From Phoronis australis (taxonomy: Eukaryota; Animalia; Phoronida): a stretch of DNA of 64,000 nucleotides. The DNA is taken from positions 1-64,000 of the forward strand of contig NMRA01000024.1 of the NCBI GenBank assembly GCA_002633005.1, read 5' to 3'. Under the pieces are notes generated by a model, which worked only from the letters and a program-made list of their open reading frames with translations, ran no database searches and had not been told where the DNA came from. The position numbers and the translations under genes are program-made. Each line of letters opens with the position of its first letter. The stretch's first letter is position 1. This document shows positions 1-12,910 of this stretch, piece by piece.

Positions 1-94
1 AATCGCTTTGCATTATATCCAGGTTCTCATTCGTTCCCTTGCGTACATTCACTACTAAAATCAAGCTCAGAGGAGTAGGAGGAACTTTTGTGCA

Positions 95-176
95 GTGCTC
101 GACCAGTAAGGCCAAGATTCGAACCCGGGGGTCTCCCAAACAGGAGTCCGGAGCTCAAACAACTAAGCTACACCGT
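95..176 (-). mobile_element. tRNA-derived SINE head (degenerate)
   Basis: Minus strand reads GGTGTAGCTTAGTTG (A-box-like) ... CCGGGTTCGAATCTTGG (B-box). No complete cloverleaf. Confidence 0.5.
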
Positions 177-289
177 CCCAAAATGGAACACTTCACGATT
201 TCCGTGTCATCCTTACGACAGGGCCTATGCTAATCTTCCCTGTAACGTGATGTCAGAGCACACATTCCGATCCATACAACATGCAGCAT

Positions 290-850
290 GTAAGCCGGTA
301 GACTGCCGTTTGAGAGGAGAGCGAAAGTGATTGAGAAGTAGTTAGAAAAACAATGCGTTATCGAAAAAGTTGAAAAGACCACAGGTTGGGTTAATCAGCT
401 AGTGTCCATAACGAAATCCAGTGGTGAAGGGAGAATTTGTTTTGACATGATACGCGCAAACGAACCGATTGTTCGAAAAAAAACACCGTGTTCCTACGAT
501 GGAAGAAACTCTACAAGAGATATCTGGCGTCAAGATTTAAACATGGCGTTTTACCAAATCAAATTTTACCCCGATTCGTGAACGATTACAATATTTGCTG
601 CCGGTAATAGATATGAACGCTTAATTAATTCTTGCGGTCAGTATGACAAAACAGAAATTTCAGCAGTCGATAAATAAGGTTCCCAGTCACTGTACAGGCG
701 TGCATAACATTCATGACCAATGTAACCGCAGAGAATGACGCGTAGTTATTTGAGAGGTGTGAGAAAGTAATGCAAAACATTATCGGTACATAATTTGATT
801 CTGAATTCCAGTAAATGACTCCGTGATTTGAAGAGCCTGGTGTTTGTGAA
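290..850 (+). pseudogene. Decayed Ty3/Gypsy reverse transcriptase
   Basis: Translation from 342 gives LEKQCVIEKVEKTTGWVNQLVSITKSSGEGRICFDMIRANEPIVRK, then HRVPTMEETLQEISG, DLNMAFYQI and CTGVHNIHD. These match Gypsy RT motifs and are broken by frameshifts and stops. Confidence 0.85.
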
Positions 851-3703
851 TTCCGTGTGTCGTTCTTTATGTTTCCATAGGGCCACTTTCAATATAAGTG
901 GCGCTGTGTCAGAGGGTAACTGTTTTATAGATCTACAGTTTTATGGTAGCCTACAGCCTTTCGCACCAGTTCAACGAGTTTGTAACGTGACTATTTGCCG
1001 ATGTGAAAGTTGAAACGGCGCCCTCTAACGTTCACATGCATTCAAATGCCAAAGAATGCAACTAAACGTGAATCATAAGACAATACTTACAGAAAAATAT
1101 CCGGCGACTTTTCTAGGACAGACCTGCAATATCGTTGTCATCAAAGTCGTACTAGATGTATTTGCATGTTCCAAACTGTGCTTATGTGTTACAGGAACTA
1201 AAGACAATGCTATTCTAATATAATCTACGCTAAACAAAGTGCAGTTGTATCCACTGATAACTTGTAAATGTGAAAACGAAAAATATGCAAATAAAATTGG
1301 CATATTATATTTTTACTGTTGTAATTTCCAGCGTGACACAGTCCTGCTTTCTCATTCGAATAAAAAGAAAAAACGCGACGTTTAATGAGTTTTTAAGACA
1401 CCTGCAATTTCCCATTCGACTTAAAAACCGCCGTCGGGAACTTTTGGGTGTTACGTCGCCCGTTTGACGAAAGACGCTGTCGGGTCGTTTTTGCATGTTG
1501 CTGTGAACATTCCACCCTTGCGTTTTGACATAGACGCAGATGTCTCCCGTTTTACTCGTAAGTTACGTTTTTCAAATTAGTTGTCCCGTTTTTTCGTTTT
1601 CGAGTGTTGACAACTACGGAACAAAGTGCTGCGTCTTGTATGAGAATAGAAAGTGCAACGCTATAACCTATGTGGTGACCTATCAAAAGTACATTATTTT
1701 CATATAATTCATTTCAACAAAATAACAGAAATTTAGCTACACAAGTGAAGACTCGGAGGAAAAAACATGCACGTATGCAAGTAATAGTACATTTTCTCAA
1801 CTAATAAATAGTTGTTTCTTACTTTTAAAAGCTATGTTTGTATTTCGTTCCAAAATACAACTACATGCCCACATTCCAAAGCAATCCATGAATAAAAATT
1901 TTCTAAGAGTACACTTAGTGAGCGCTTGTCACTTCGCTTTAGTCTCATTTTATTTCAATATATTTTATATAAACTTTTTTATGAGTTTTATAATTGTCTG
2001 TCAAAAATGTCTCAAAACTTGCTTCTAAAAGTTGTTATTTAATATTGATATCACCTGTACATTGCGCATTGATTTTGCTTTTGTCCCGTTTTGTTTCCTT
2101 TAAAGCATTTCCGACTGTGGTGAATAAGCGTCTCATCGATCAAGTGTTTACCTACAATATCGCCTGGTCGATCATTTAAAGTAGGATAAATACTTCGAAA
2201 TAAACGAACATTGATACATCTTTTGTTGCTAAATTCGCACTGCTTAAAATATCGACGAAAGAAATATTCAATCGTTCAGCATTGTTTTAGCTGTCGTCCT
2301 TGCTACGTATACTTGATTACATGATCGAATTCTTTTTTTTATCCACTGCCTCTCATGATTTTTTTGTCTGGTCTCTTACCCTTGTAAACTCGTTTTATAT
2401 TAATCATACAAAAAAGGTGGGGTTTTAGGCCTTCTCCAATCGTACCATAAATTTCCGAAAATAGGCCCATGGGAGGATATTCTGTAGACGACTTTTCAAA
2501 AGCGTCAAATGAAGCTGGGCGCATTTTCGGAAAGGAGGGTGTATTTTTGGAAAGTGTGCAAGCATTTTATGATACAATTTAAAGCGAAAGTTCCTTTCAA
2601 CGTATGTAGTTGTATTTCACTAATAAGAATTTTATTTACCAATACTTAATTCGCATTCTGCGAAGACAGTGTATATAAGCCGTCCTTTACATTGTGATAA
2701 TACGGTTATTTACCAACAGAGGCACACAATATCTCATCAAATGATAGTCACTTGAGTGATCCCAAATATAATATCTAGCCAAAATACACAAATGTTTACA
2801 TATGTATTTTAAAACAAAAGCATCAGATTCTCAAAACATGCAGACAGTTACAGTAAATACCCGGCACACGATCGTGGTTTCGTAAAAATGTCCTAAAATA
2901 TGCCGACGGGCAAACTTTTCGGTGGGTCTATTTTCGGAAATCCAGGAGACGATTTTTTTTTCGGAATTCGTGTGTCTTGGGAGTTTCGGCTGCGTCCCTG
3001 TGACATCTTGACGTACAATGACAGTGAAGTGTCTATATAGCCAGAATATCATTTACCTAGATAAATGAGTACAATGGCGGCGAATTTAATAATTTGGTGA
3101 AGTTTATGAATTAGCATTACATGTATAGCATTTGATTTTGGCTACACGCATGGTACTAATTCAAATATCGCAGAAATATTGTTCCTCGCTGACACCTTAT
3201 AGTGGAAAATAAGCTTTTTACGAACATATCAACTCCATTAATCGTAGTTGGTAAATTTGTTTGTTCGTTCATCGTTTTGTGCGGTGACGTGCCATCCCCC
3301 ACACTATTCAATATTTTCCTCAATGATATTGCATTTATATTACAAATTTAAATTCAAGTGTTATGTTAGACAACCTGAATTTATCTAATTTTGTACGCAG
3401 ATATTGTTTTAATAGCAGAAAATGAACGCAATCTTCAAATTATGCTTAACCATGTTTCGCGTGGTAGAAATTGAAAACATTGTATTTATTAAGGAAAAAC
3501 AAATGTTGTAACTTTAGAAATAAGACTTACGCTGTCATAATAAAACTACTTTTTGAAATTTAAATCATGTTTACAAATCGAAATCCAAATACTTAGGTGT
3601 CTATTTTAACGACACTGCTCAAATTTCGAATTATTCAGCAGTGGTGACATAATTTCTGAATTTCATAAGATAATAAAAAGAACGACGGATTTAAACCGGC
3701 GGG

Positions 3704-3746
3704 CGTGACATGTTTCGGCATTTATTAAAACACCATCATCAGAAGA
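3704..3746 (-). ncRNA. Minimal type I hammerhead ribozyme motif (PLE-type)
   Basis: Minus strand: CTGATGA-T-GGTGTTT-TAAT-AAATGCC-GAAAC-AT-GTC. Core intact, stem II present, palindromic ACATGT stem III, stem I weakened. Confidence 0.65.
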
Positions 3747-4046
3747 AAAAACAGTGCCACCTTGCTGTGCCCAATAACAAGTAATGATACAAAGACACAG
3801 TCAGTTACATCTGCAGAGCTCCAATCATGCTCTTTCAATGACTTTGCTATAACAGACCAAGCAGAAACAACAAAGGATCTTTTGAAATATTCGTGAGGCT
3901 CTACACATCAGTTGGTGCAAGCCCAGTCTCAATAGGCAACTGGCACACCAAAGGTTGTTAGTCTAGTCTATTATTACTCCCCTGTAACAGTTTGTGTTTG
4001 TATATGATTACTTGTTGCTGGCGTAGCAAGGTGGCCTCTGTCTTTT

Positions 4047-4088
4047 CTTCTGATGATGGTGTTTCAATAAACGTAAAAACACGTCAAG
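4047..4088 (+). ncRNA. Degenerate hammerhead ribozyme motif (second pLTR copy)
   Basis: ctt-CTGATGA-tggtgtttcaataaacgta-AAAAC-ac-GTC-aag. Stem I (ctt/aag) intact, but GAAAC is mutated to AAAAC. Confidence 0.5.
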
Positions 4089-4757
4089 CTGTTTTAAACT
4101 CGTCGTTGTTTTTAATAACATATCCTGCTACTTGCTATTAAGGAGATGAATTTCATAACCTGAAAGATATTGGCTACGAAACTTTTAACAATTTCTATTC
4201 CGCCTGCTTACTGACAACCCATTGTGGAATATTGCTCCGGAGTCTTGAGATTTCAGGATTTTCGTTGTTGTAACTTTGTACAAAACAGAGGTATGAGGTA
4301 TTATTTTGGTTTCCCTAGCTCAGCTCCTATTGCTGCTATAAGAGGTGACATGGGCTGCATTTCCCCGAGATATAATCATCACATGAATATGGATCGTCTG
4401 TAGAAAAGAATGTTGAGCTTTAATTGTGGAAAATTTACCAGAAAAACTTTTGAATTGGACTACAACCAAAACAATTGAAATTGGTCCTCATAGATAAAAA
4501 AGATGCTCAACTTTTGTCAGTTAAATCATATATTTGAATCCAAAATTAATTGCCATATTACTATTTTACAAATAAATCTTATTAAGACTGTGGTTGATGA
4601 TTGGAAAAATATTGTTAATCAATCACTTAAGCTAAAAACCTGCAAAATGTTTGAAAAAAATGGCTTCTTAATGAAAACCACATACGTTCCTGTTTGACCA
4701 GATATCGTACATCACTTTTATGACAATTTCGTTTTGAAATTCTTCCACTTCATATTG

Positions 4758-4997
4758 CATGCGCGCACCCAGGGGGGGAGGTCTGGGGCCCCCAAATGGG
4801 GAAGTGGGCAAAAAGGTCTGCCCCCGAGAGACAAAAAGTCCGAGAAACTGGGACCAAAGTCCACTAAATAAGCGCAAAGTCGCAATTCACACAGGTGTCC
4901 CCGTTTTTTATGTTTAGTCCGCCCGCTCTTTTGTTAGCAAATGGTCCACAACGTCGGGAATTCGAGCACCCCATATCGAAGGCTGGGTGCGCGCATG
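4758..4997. mobile_element. MITE (hAT-like) with 15-bp TIRs and 5-bp TSD
   Basis: CATGCGCGCACCCAG ... CTGGGTGCGCGCATG, flanked by TATTG on both sides. Confidence 0.8.
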
Positions 4998-5617
4998 TAT
5001 TGAAACTGGTAGGGTTTCTAACATTCATCTATGTAATAGACTTTGTTTGCTTTATAAATTGCAAACATAACGATTATATTCATTTTTTAGCCTTTGTCCC
5101 TTTTACGAAGATTTAAGAGTTTGTTGTTTAATAAAATCACACTTATTCTCCCGGGTTTCGACCTGTTAATTTCAAAGTTGCTGTTTTATGTAATTATTTT
5201 TGTAATGATCTGGCTAGAACTAAAGAAGGTGCTTATAATAGACGACGAAATTTTCTGTTCACTTAATTTCTTAATTTAATAGTTTTTGAGTTTCGAATGA
5301 AATTGCATTGTGCATTGCTGTTCTTGTAATCTGTTTAAACTGACTAATAAGCTCAGTGGGCTGGGTGTTCAAGTAATATTGGTCACTACAAGAAAAATTA
5401 ATTTCTCTTTATTTTCTCTCTGTAGGTCCTTATCGCATGTTCACGTAGTATGTAACGTTCTTACCAAGTGTTGTTTTATTACAAAACGTGACTCATCTCG
5501 TGTACATTTTTGTAAAACATTTGATCATTTAGATTATTTATAACTTATTGTAAGCATAAGAAGCTCTATGAAGCATTTATATTATACCCATACATGGCTT
5601 TTCATTAGTTTTTTTGC

Positions 5618-6710
5618 TTGCCGGTGCCTTGGATGATCTGATTGGAGATAAAAATAAGTTTTTGTTGTGGTGTGGAAAGCTTGAGGCACACTAGTTAGGT
5701 GTGATTGGTAATATTCAATGGTAGAAACGTACGAGGTAGGTTTGTTGCCACCCGGGGTGGCATTGTTAGAGTTCTTAGCCACAGTAGTGAATGTGAAGAT
5801 TTATGTCTCAGAATTAGATAGTTGTGAAGATCTTGTTATATGAGATATATTAATGTAAAAATACATATAGCTGAACAGAAATAACGGAAATTCAGCTTCG
5901 TACAGCAATTCATTTCATTGCCTCTTCATTTCTACAGTACAGGGCAAAAGTGTACCCAGCAGGCATTCCCAGTAATCTGTACTGAAATGGAAAATTATAT
6001 CCTCAGTTGAAAGTTACACATAATTTGAATTTAATACAAGGTTAAAAATCATTTAAAACACTAAGTAAGTACGTAAAATCCATAAAAACAAATTTCTTTA
6101 CTCTAATGAAAATGATACTGGTTTTCGCCGTGCACAACTGCGCTAAAATAGCTGTGAAGCGATACAAAAACACTTGCACTTCATTATTTACTTGGCTGCC
6201 ATTGCAAACGACACGGAAGTGACGCCACACTACACACTGGAAAATCCACAGGTTTCAACAGCGACTCAGTTTGTATATTTTGCGCTCATCACTCTTGTTA
6301 CGTTTGTATAATGATTGATTGATGCATTATTTAGAGGGGGTTGGGGCTCCGCAAACCGGACGAAGAACTTTCATTTTCATTTTCATTTTTGGTGTAGAAT
6401 TCCGATTTCATTTAAAATTTTACAAAAATAGGACATTTGCCAAAGAAATAAAAATTCTTCGTCCGGATTGCAGAAATTTGATTTGACCTAATTTTTATAT
6501 CAAACCAACCTTCACTCCCCGTATTGGACTTATACAAAGACGGTGCCGAGTCCATTTTGCCTGGCGTGAATTTTGAACTCAAGGTTGAAAGCAAACGTGC
6601 CGTGGAGAATGAAAATTCAGTTTAAGTCCGCGCAAACTTTATGATACACAAACTAAGTTTTCACGCACGTCAAAAATTTCTAAACATTCAGCGCGGCAAA
6701 ATTACCAATC
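5618..6710. repeat. Interspersed repeat, homologous to 52655-53830
   Basis: Collinear shared blocks such as CGGTGCCTTGGATGATCTG, ATCTGTACTGAAAT, TTATTTACTTGGCTGCCAT, TTTTACAAAAATAGGAC and CAGCRCGGCAAAAT. Confidence 0.75.
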
Positions 6711-7215
6711 TAAAAAGAAAATGGCCTATTTCGGCTGTCTTGCTTACAAATAAAGGCTTCAACAAATATAGGCGAAGGGCAACTATAACAGGGCCATTTC
6801 CATGGATGTTTTAATTGGCATTTTTTCACTAGGGCCACGTGCAGATACCAGACGTGACTCACCAAACCCATGCACTCCATAACCTCGCTTCGTGCCAATT
6901 GCTTTGGAGCACAATTCCAATAAATAGCGGAGAAAATGATCATGTAAATAGTTACAAATTACCGCTTAAAAATAAGCGTAAAAATAGTGAAGAAATAGCG
7001 GAGAAAATGTTCACATGTAAACGCTGCTAATGGACGTGGAAAACGTCTGTCCAAGAAAAACAAGGATCAGTACTTTTGAAGTAAAGAACTTTTAACAAAA
7101 ACACTGATAACAAGTGGTTGCTTTCTCCTTGAGTTTCAACAGATGCCGTGTCCGAGCATAGCAATTGCTGGTCGCCAGGCAACTAGTTATTAAATAAGGT
7201 GAAATTATGTCTTAC

Positions 7216-7372
7216 CTGAAAATATTTCAATAACAGATTGTTCTATTTTATGTTCTTCTTTTAAATAAACGCCCAGTGCCGTTATGTCCCAGCTTGTCAC
7301 ATGTCCATGTTCACCGCGCTGTCTTTTGGTATCGCTTCTGGTTCGAACCCTACTAGTCTTTCGTTTCGGCGC
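7216..7372 (-). pseudogene. Possible first exon of a decayed SAM-domain-like ORF
   Basis: MAPKRKTSRVR...VTSWDITALGVYLKEEHKIEQSVIEIFS ends at a CAG|GTAAGA donor. A frameshifted MLGH/RHLLKL lies downstream at about 7120-7165. Confidence 0.3.
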
Positions 7373-7460
7373 CATTCCTTCGAAACACACAGTGCTCTGT
7401 GGAATGCCAACCGACTCGTGCACGTGACCTATGAATTTATATCAGAGACCGTATTTGCAT

Positions 7461-7620
7461 ATGTGTTAACACTACACGTGCTTTTATAGCCTGTTATTAG
7501 CCTCGATTGATGCGCCGTGTTAGTATTTTCACTTTGGCCTCGTGAAATTACTGACACGACACATCAAGCGAGGCTAATAAGACAGACATAGGCTATAAAA
7601 GCACGTGCATTTTAACACAT
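7461..7620. repeat. 160-bp palindromic hairpin (MITE-like)
   Basis: ATGTGTTAA..CACGTGCTTTTATAGCCT..TTATTAGCCTCG is mirrored by CGAGGCTAATAA..AGGCTATAAAAGCACGTG..TTAACACAT. Confidence 0.8.
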
Positions 7621-8907
7621 TTATACCACATACCTAAGATCTAACCCATATTTCTTTGCCGAGTCCTAATTTTTTCCTCTTTGGTCAATACGCGTAGGAA
7701 TACAAAGACACTGGTGAGAAGCGACTACACTTTTTATTGTTTTAATCGCATTTAGCAAGTCGCACTGTAAACATGAATACATGAAATACATGATTTTAAA
7801 AGAATTTTAAATATATAATATAACACCAATAATGTAATGATTCAATAAACTCAAAAATTTAAAAATTCATAACTGGCTAATATGACCTATTTTTGTTGAC
7901 CGAAGCGGCGCGATTAAAGTAAAATTTTGAATCGACTGTTGTTAGTGCGGTGAGTCGGATTTACGTTTCTTTATATTTACTGTGATGCTGAAGACCACGC
8001 CAGTTATTGTCGAATTTCCGAAAATGGACGTTAGGACACTGGATGTGTTGGTTGAGGAGCAGTCGGATGATAAACTGAGAGTTCAAGCCGAGGCGCACTG
8101 GCGGCGCAGCAATGAAAAAAGTGGGGCTATAGCCCCCACAGGAGCGGATCCAGGAATTTAAGTTAGGGAGGGACAGGGAAGAGCATTAGCCAGATATTCG
8201 CACCCCCAAACTGCCAAATAGAATCTGGGGGACATGGCTTCCTTGGTCCCTTTAAATCCATGGGCGGTACAGCAATGAAAAGTGGGAGTTATATCTCCCA
8301 GTCCCCTATGGTGCACCATCTATGTGGTGTCAGGGTGGGAGACTGTGGATTGGGGAGTGTCACGCTAGATCTTGCAGTGAATGTTGTAGCTGATGCTACT
8401 AATGGTATAATCAGCCTAGCTGATTTGTTCACTAACGGTCTTGGGCTAAGTACCGAGCACAGGTTGCTCTGCTCACTGATACCTTCTGTGGCGTACTATT
8501 GCTCAGGCTTTGGATATTTTTGTGCCCGGTCAATTGCACAATACTGTCGCTACCACTTGCACGCGCCTTTATGCACAGTTCTTGTTTGGGCTTAAGCTAT
8601 TGGATCGAGGGTCCTTTGATTTTGTTTACTTCGATAACTGCCCGCTTTACAGTGGCGGATCTAGGATATCACAAGGGGGGCCCAACATTTTGTCCGGCTG
8701 TAAGCATTCGCGCAAACCACGATTGTAGATGCGCATAGCACCGAATGGGGGGAGGTCGGGAGGGGGAAATTTTTCTGTATTTTCTTCTAAAAATCAAGCA
8801 TTTTCCTTGATTCCTGAAGTATTATCCAAGAAAAATAGGCAAAAAAACATGGAGAACGTGTCAAACAGAAAAAAATGCAAGTACCACAGACTCGAACTAA
8901 CCACCTG

Positions 8908-9057
8908 GGCTGAGTTGCATAAAGCTTCAAAAGATATCCGCTGGATAAGTTTGATTGTTGCATGACGTCATGTGCATTGTTCAACAATAACAACGTGACG
9001 CGTGATAATGCGACGTCATTGTTGCTATGCGGCGTATAACTTTTATGCAACTGGGCC
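8908..9057. mobile_element. PIF/Harbinger-like MITE
   Basis: Imperfect TIRs GGCTGAGTTGCATAAA / TTTATGCAACTGGGCC with a CTG duplication on both sides. Confidence 0.55.
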
Positions 9058-12024
9058 CTGGCGGATAGAGCGCGCGTGCTTTACCACTACACCATCACTA
9101 CATTCCTAAGCTGTTACTTGTTTATAGTCCACAGCGTTTGCGCGCGAAACCTACTTCTTTTTCTAATGCTTATTAGACGTTTTATATTTTGTGCAATCGG
9201 TTCTTAACAAATTTGTTGTATTTAAAATAGTCTTCAAATGCTCAAGAGACAAAATCCGTTTTTCGTGTTGGCAATAATGACGGGATTGCTTTGGAAATCG
9301 TCTTAAGTTAAGGTTTGACAAAGACAGGATTATGATTTTCTGAGTGATTCACTAAGGCTTCGATTAAAATACACATCTTACCAGCAGCTTCTGTTTTTTC
9401 ATCGTCACCCAGATTCCATTTCCTTTAAAAAATGAAGTGAATTTTCTTCATTGCACAGTGAAGCAGACGACGGAAACAGAGCCGTAGTGCACAGCGCTTC
9501 TGCCGGTCGCCTGGGATATCGCGGGAGAGCCTATACTTAGCCATAGTTCCGTTACGAATGCGCCGTGTTCCGAATTTGACACTTGAAATTGGATCTGAGC
9601 CCCCCCGCCAAACACTAAAACTGCACACATTTAAATCTTGTTTCATCCGTATAATTTTAATTACCGGGGTTATTTAATAAACTCAACATTTTCTTACGCT
9701 CTTACTGTTTTATTTTTTGCGGCAGCCAAGGGAGGGGGCCCTAAATCCGCCTATGTTTTAATAAAATACAACTCTAGTCAAAGGTGGTCGCCATACTCGG
9801 TAACAGAAACTGAAAGTGGTTTCCCAGATTTCAATCAATAGAAATTGTGGAATGTTATGACGTCGATCTCATTACTTTAAACAATGATATGCCATATTAA
9901 ACAACAGTCCCCCCACTGTGAAAAGGTGTATTGTCTGCCATGTTGTTGTGATTACTATGCGTTACCGCCAATGATTGAACGAGATTGCACTGGCCAATGA
10001 AAACGGCCGTTGTGTACCGCTCAAGGGACACAGCCAAAAGAGATCGGCTGTCTAGCGAATAGGGCAGGTTGTTTGCAAATAATACGTGAGTGAATTCGGT
10101 AAGAAAAAAAAAACATTTCCATGATACTGAGATTTTGAATTACTCTCATATCACAAGCAAATAATCGAACTGACATAAACCGCAAATCGGTAATCGAATC
10201 GTGCCCAAAGAATTCCGATTCAATTATCCGTTCAAAACTGTTGCAGCCCTAGACAACAATAGGCCTACTGCTCGAAATCGAACTTACACAAAAACGGCAT
10301 TTGGGCAACAGGTAAACATTGCTCAAATGAATTATTATAGAAACAATTGAAAACAGTAAGAATACACACGCACACACATATTCAGGTACCCAATTATTAG
10401 TAACTTTTGAAAGGTTTGTAAATACACCTGTTTTTAGAGCCTAAGCAGTGGCGGANCAATTGTTGTCAACGTGATTCAGCTTAATAAAGTGATACCTAAT
10501 TATTTATTGTCGCTTTTAATAATAGACTATGAATTGAGAGCACCATCGTTCGCTAGTTTTTCTCGTAACGAGACAGAACACATGTTTATTTCCGGACTAA
10601 CAGTAGAGGTCTTCGTTCTTAAACAACTTGAGGCTGCTGTTATGCGATCATCTGATATTCAAGTTTTTACGCCCCGTCGGTGCTCTTTAATTATGCTCTT
10701 GAATATTTGGAAATTGTCTAAACCCCTGTATACACACCACACTTTTTCGTATACGACTTTTCGTATGCTAAAAACTTAAAGGTGTGTGTAAGCAGATGTT
10801 CCAACAAAATTTTTTTCTGGTGGCGTGACTCATACCCTGATGTGCACAATATGGTTTCACGAAACTTATGTGCCAAGTTCATGTGACGAAATCGAGAAGA
10901 GTTTTTAATTATCTTAAGAAAAACTCCAGAGACATGTTAAGTGCCAGAAACTTACCAGGATGCATGGAACTTTCACTATTTGGCTACAAAAACAAAAAAT
11001 ATCTTACACGGGAGGGGAAACCCCCCTCCCAACCTCCTCCCGCTCGGCGCCACGCGCCTACGATTCGACCTTGGCGGGAATCCTAAACCCCCCCTTGCTG
11101 AAAACGTAGATCCGCCCCTGCTCAAGTAGGATACATCGTAGCGAAAGATATCTATACCTTGACGAGATCTATTTACATTTCATAAAGATATACTCCTCAC
11201 CCCTAAGGGGTGCACTGATATGACTTTGTAAAGTAAAAATTAAAAAAATCGCTTTAACATCTTTGTTGATGCCGTGCATCATTTTTTGTCATTGGTTGTT
11301 GTATTTCATTTACTTGTTACGCTGTTTATTTTCTTTCTAGGTAGCAGTACACCTTTCGCCGCTGTGTTCTTTTAGCAAGCCGGTTCTTTCCAGTGGTTAC
11401 AATAGCATTTGCATAGTCGAATAGTAGCTTGACCGGCCGGCCANTATGCTCTGCCAGTACAAAGCCTGGACTTGTGAATCACTTTCAGCACCTGCTACAA
11501 TTGTTGGTTCAACACAGTCATGTTGCTCAAATGGGATAACCTCATATTTCATGCATTATGTAACCGTTTGTGTCCTTCCATGAGTCCATACATCATTGAT
11601 TTTTTCATTGTAGTGAGAAGTAAGTGGAGGTCAGCTCAATAAAACAAAAGTTGATTGCAAACCACAGATTTGTGCAAATCCCTAAATTGCCAAGTGCTTG
11701 TAGTTATAGTCATTGAAAATGTGTAACATACTTTGAAGAAAAACATAATTATTTAGATCATGATGATGCTCAATAAAATAAAAGGTTTTGAATGCTGTTG
11801 GGACTGAATGTTCATGTTGATGCCGTGCATTAGCAGTACATCTTTCGCCACTGTGATTGGGTTTCTTTTAGTAAGCCAGTCCTTTCTAGTGGTTGCAATA
11901 GCATTTGCATAGACGAATAGTAGCTTGACAGGCCGGCTATTATTACATATTAGCCTCTCTGTATGTTACGCGGGTTTTTGGTGGCTAGCGTTTCTCGTGT
12001 ATAGGGGCATTCGTTGACAAGATC

Positions 12025-12776
12025 TGTAACGCGAATCCTGTGTTTTCCTCAGATGCTGGAACTTATAGATTAAGCACAGACTGTTGGCCAAACTGTTGTA
12101 AGTACTGAGTATTATGGCATAGCATGTTGTACTCGTGTGTATCTACTAAGTTTAGAGCGTATATAATTGTTGTTTGACGTATAGTTTCCTTCAGCTGCTT
12201 GTTTGGCATACATGTTGCGTGGTACCCGGTTCATAGAATAAATAGTTACGGGTCGCAGTTAGGCAGTTGTTTGTGTACGGTAATGGTCCCAGTTGTAGAA
12301 TAGATAGTAATAGTTAATTGTGTATTGTTAGCAGGTAGTATTTGCCTGTCATAGAGTCATTGTCGCGAGTCTTTCCAACGCTCTGATATATAGTGCTTGT
12401 TAATTAATTACGCTTGCTTGCCGAGTATTCAGACTGTGTTTTTTCTTTATTGCAGATAACCGCTTGTTCGGTTTTCACTTCTTNGTTAATTATGTATTGT
12501 TAGCGAGGTAGTATTTGCCTGTCATAGAGTCATTGGCGCGAGTCTTTCTAACGCTCTGATACAGTGCTTGTTAATTACGCTTGCTTGCCGAATACTCAGA
12601 CTGTGTGTGTTTTTCTTTATTGCAGATAACCGCTTTTCCGGTTTCTCCTTTTCAACGCTTGTTCAGTTTCTCATTCAACGCTTGTTCGGAAACTTTTCAT
12701 CGCTTGCAACTAAATAATAAAGTGTGTTATGCAAACGGCTTCTTTTAACTTATCCCTGTAGCCAGACGCGGCTACA
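12025..12776 (+). mobile_element. Probable solo LTR
   Basis: TGTAACGCG ... CGCGGCTACA termini, AATAAA near 12716 and ATCT at both junctions. An internal duplication spans the N at 12484. Confidence 0.4.
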
Positions 12777-12910
12777 ATCTTTTTTCGTGTGAGATTTCAA
12801 TAAAAGGTATAAGCATCAAGATATCGAAGTCACATACGTATTGTCGTGTCTAAATTGAATGCCAATCAAATCTTGTTCTTGTAGTCTGAAATGACCGTTG
12901 CAAGCCTTAA

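Larger units (their letters stand above)
3673..4116 (+). mobile_element. Penelope-like element 3' remnant with inverted pseudo-LTRs
   Basis: Inverted arms at about 3673-3809 and 3983-4116 flank FAITDQAETTKDLLK/IREALHISWCKPSLNRQL, which resembles the C-terminus of a PLE GIY-YIG endonuclease. Confidence 0.8.
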
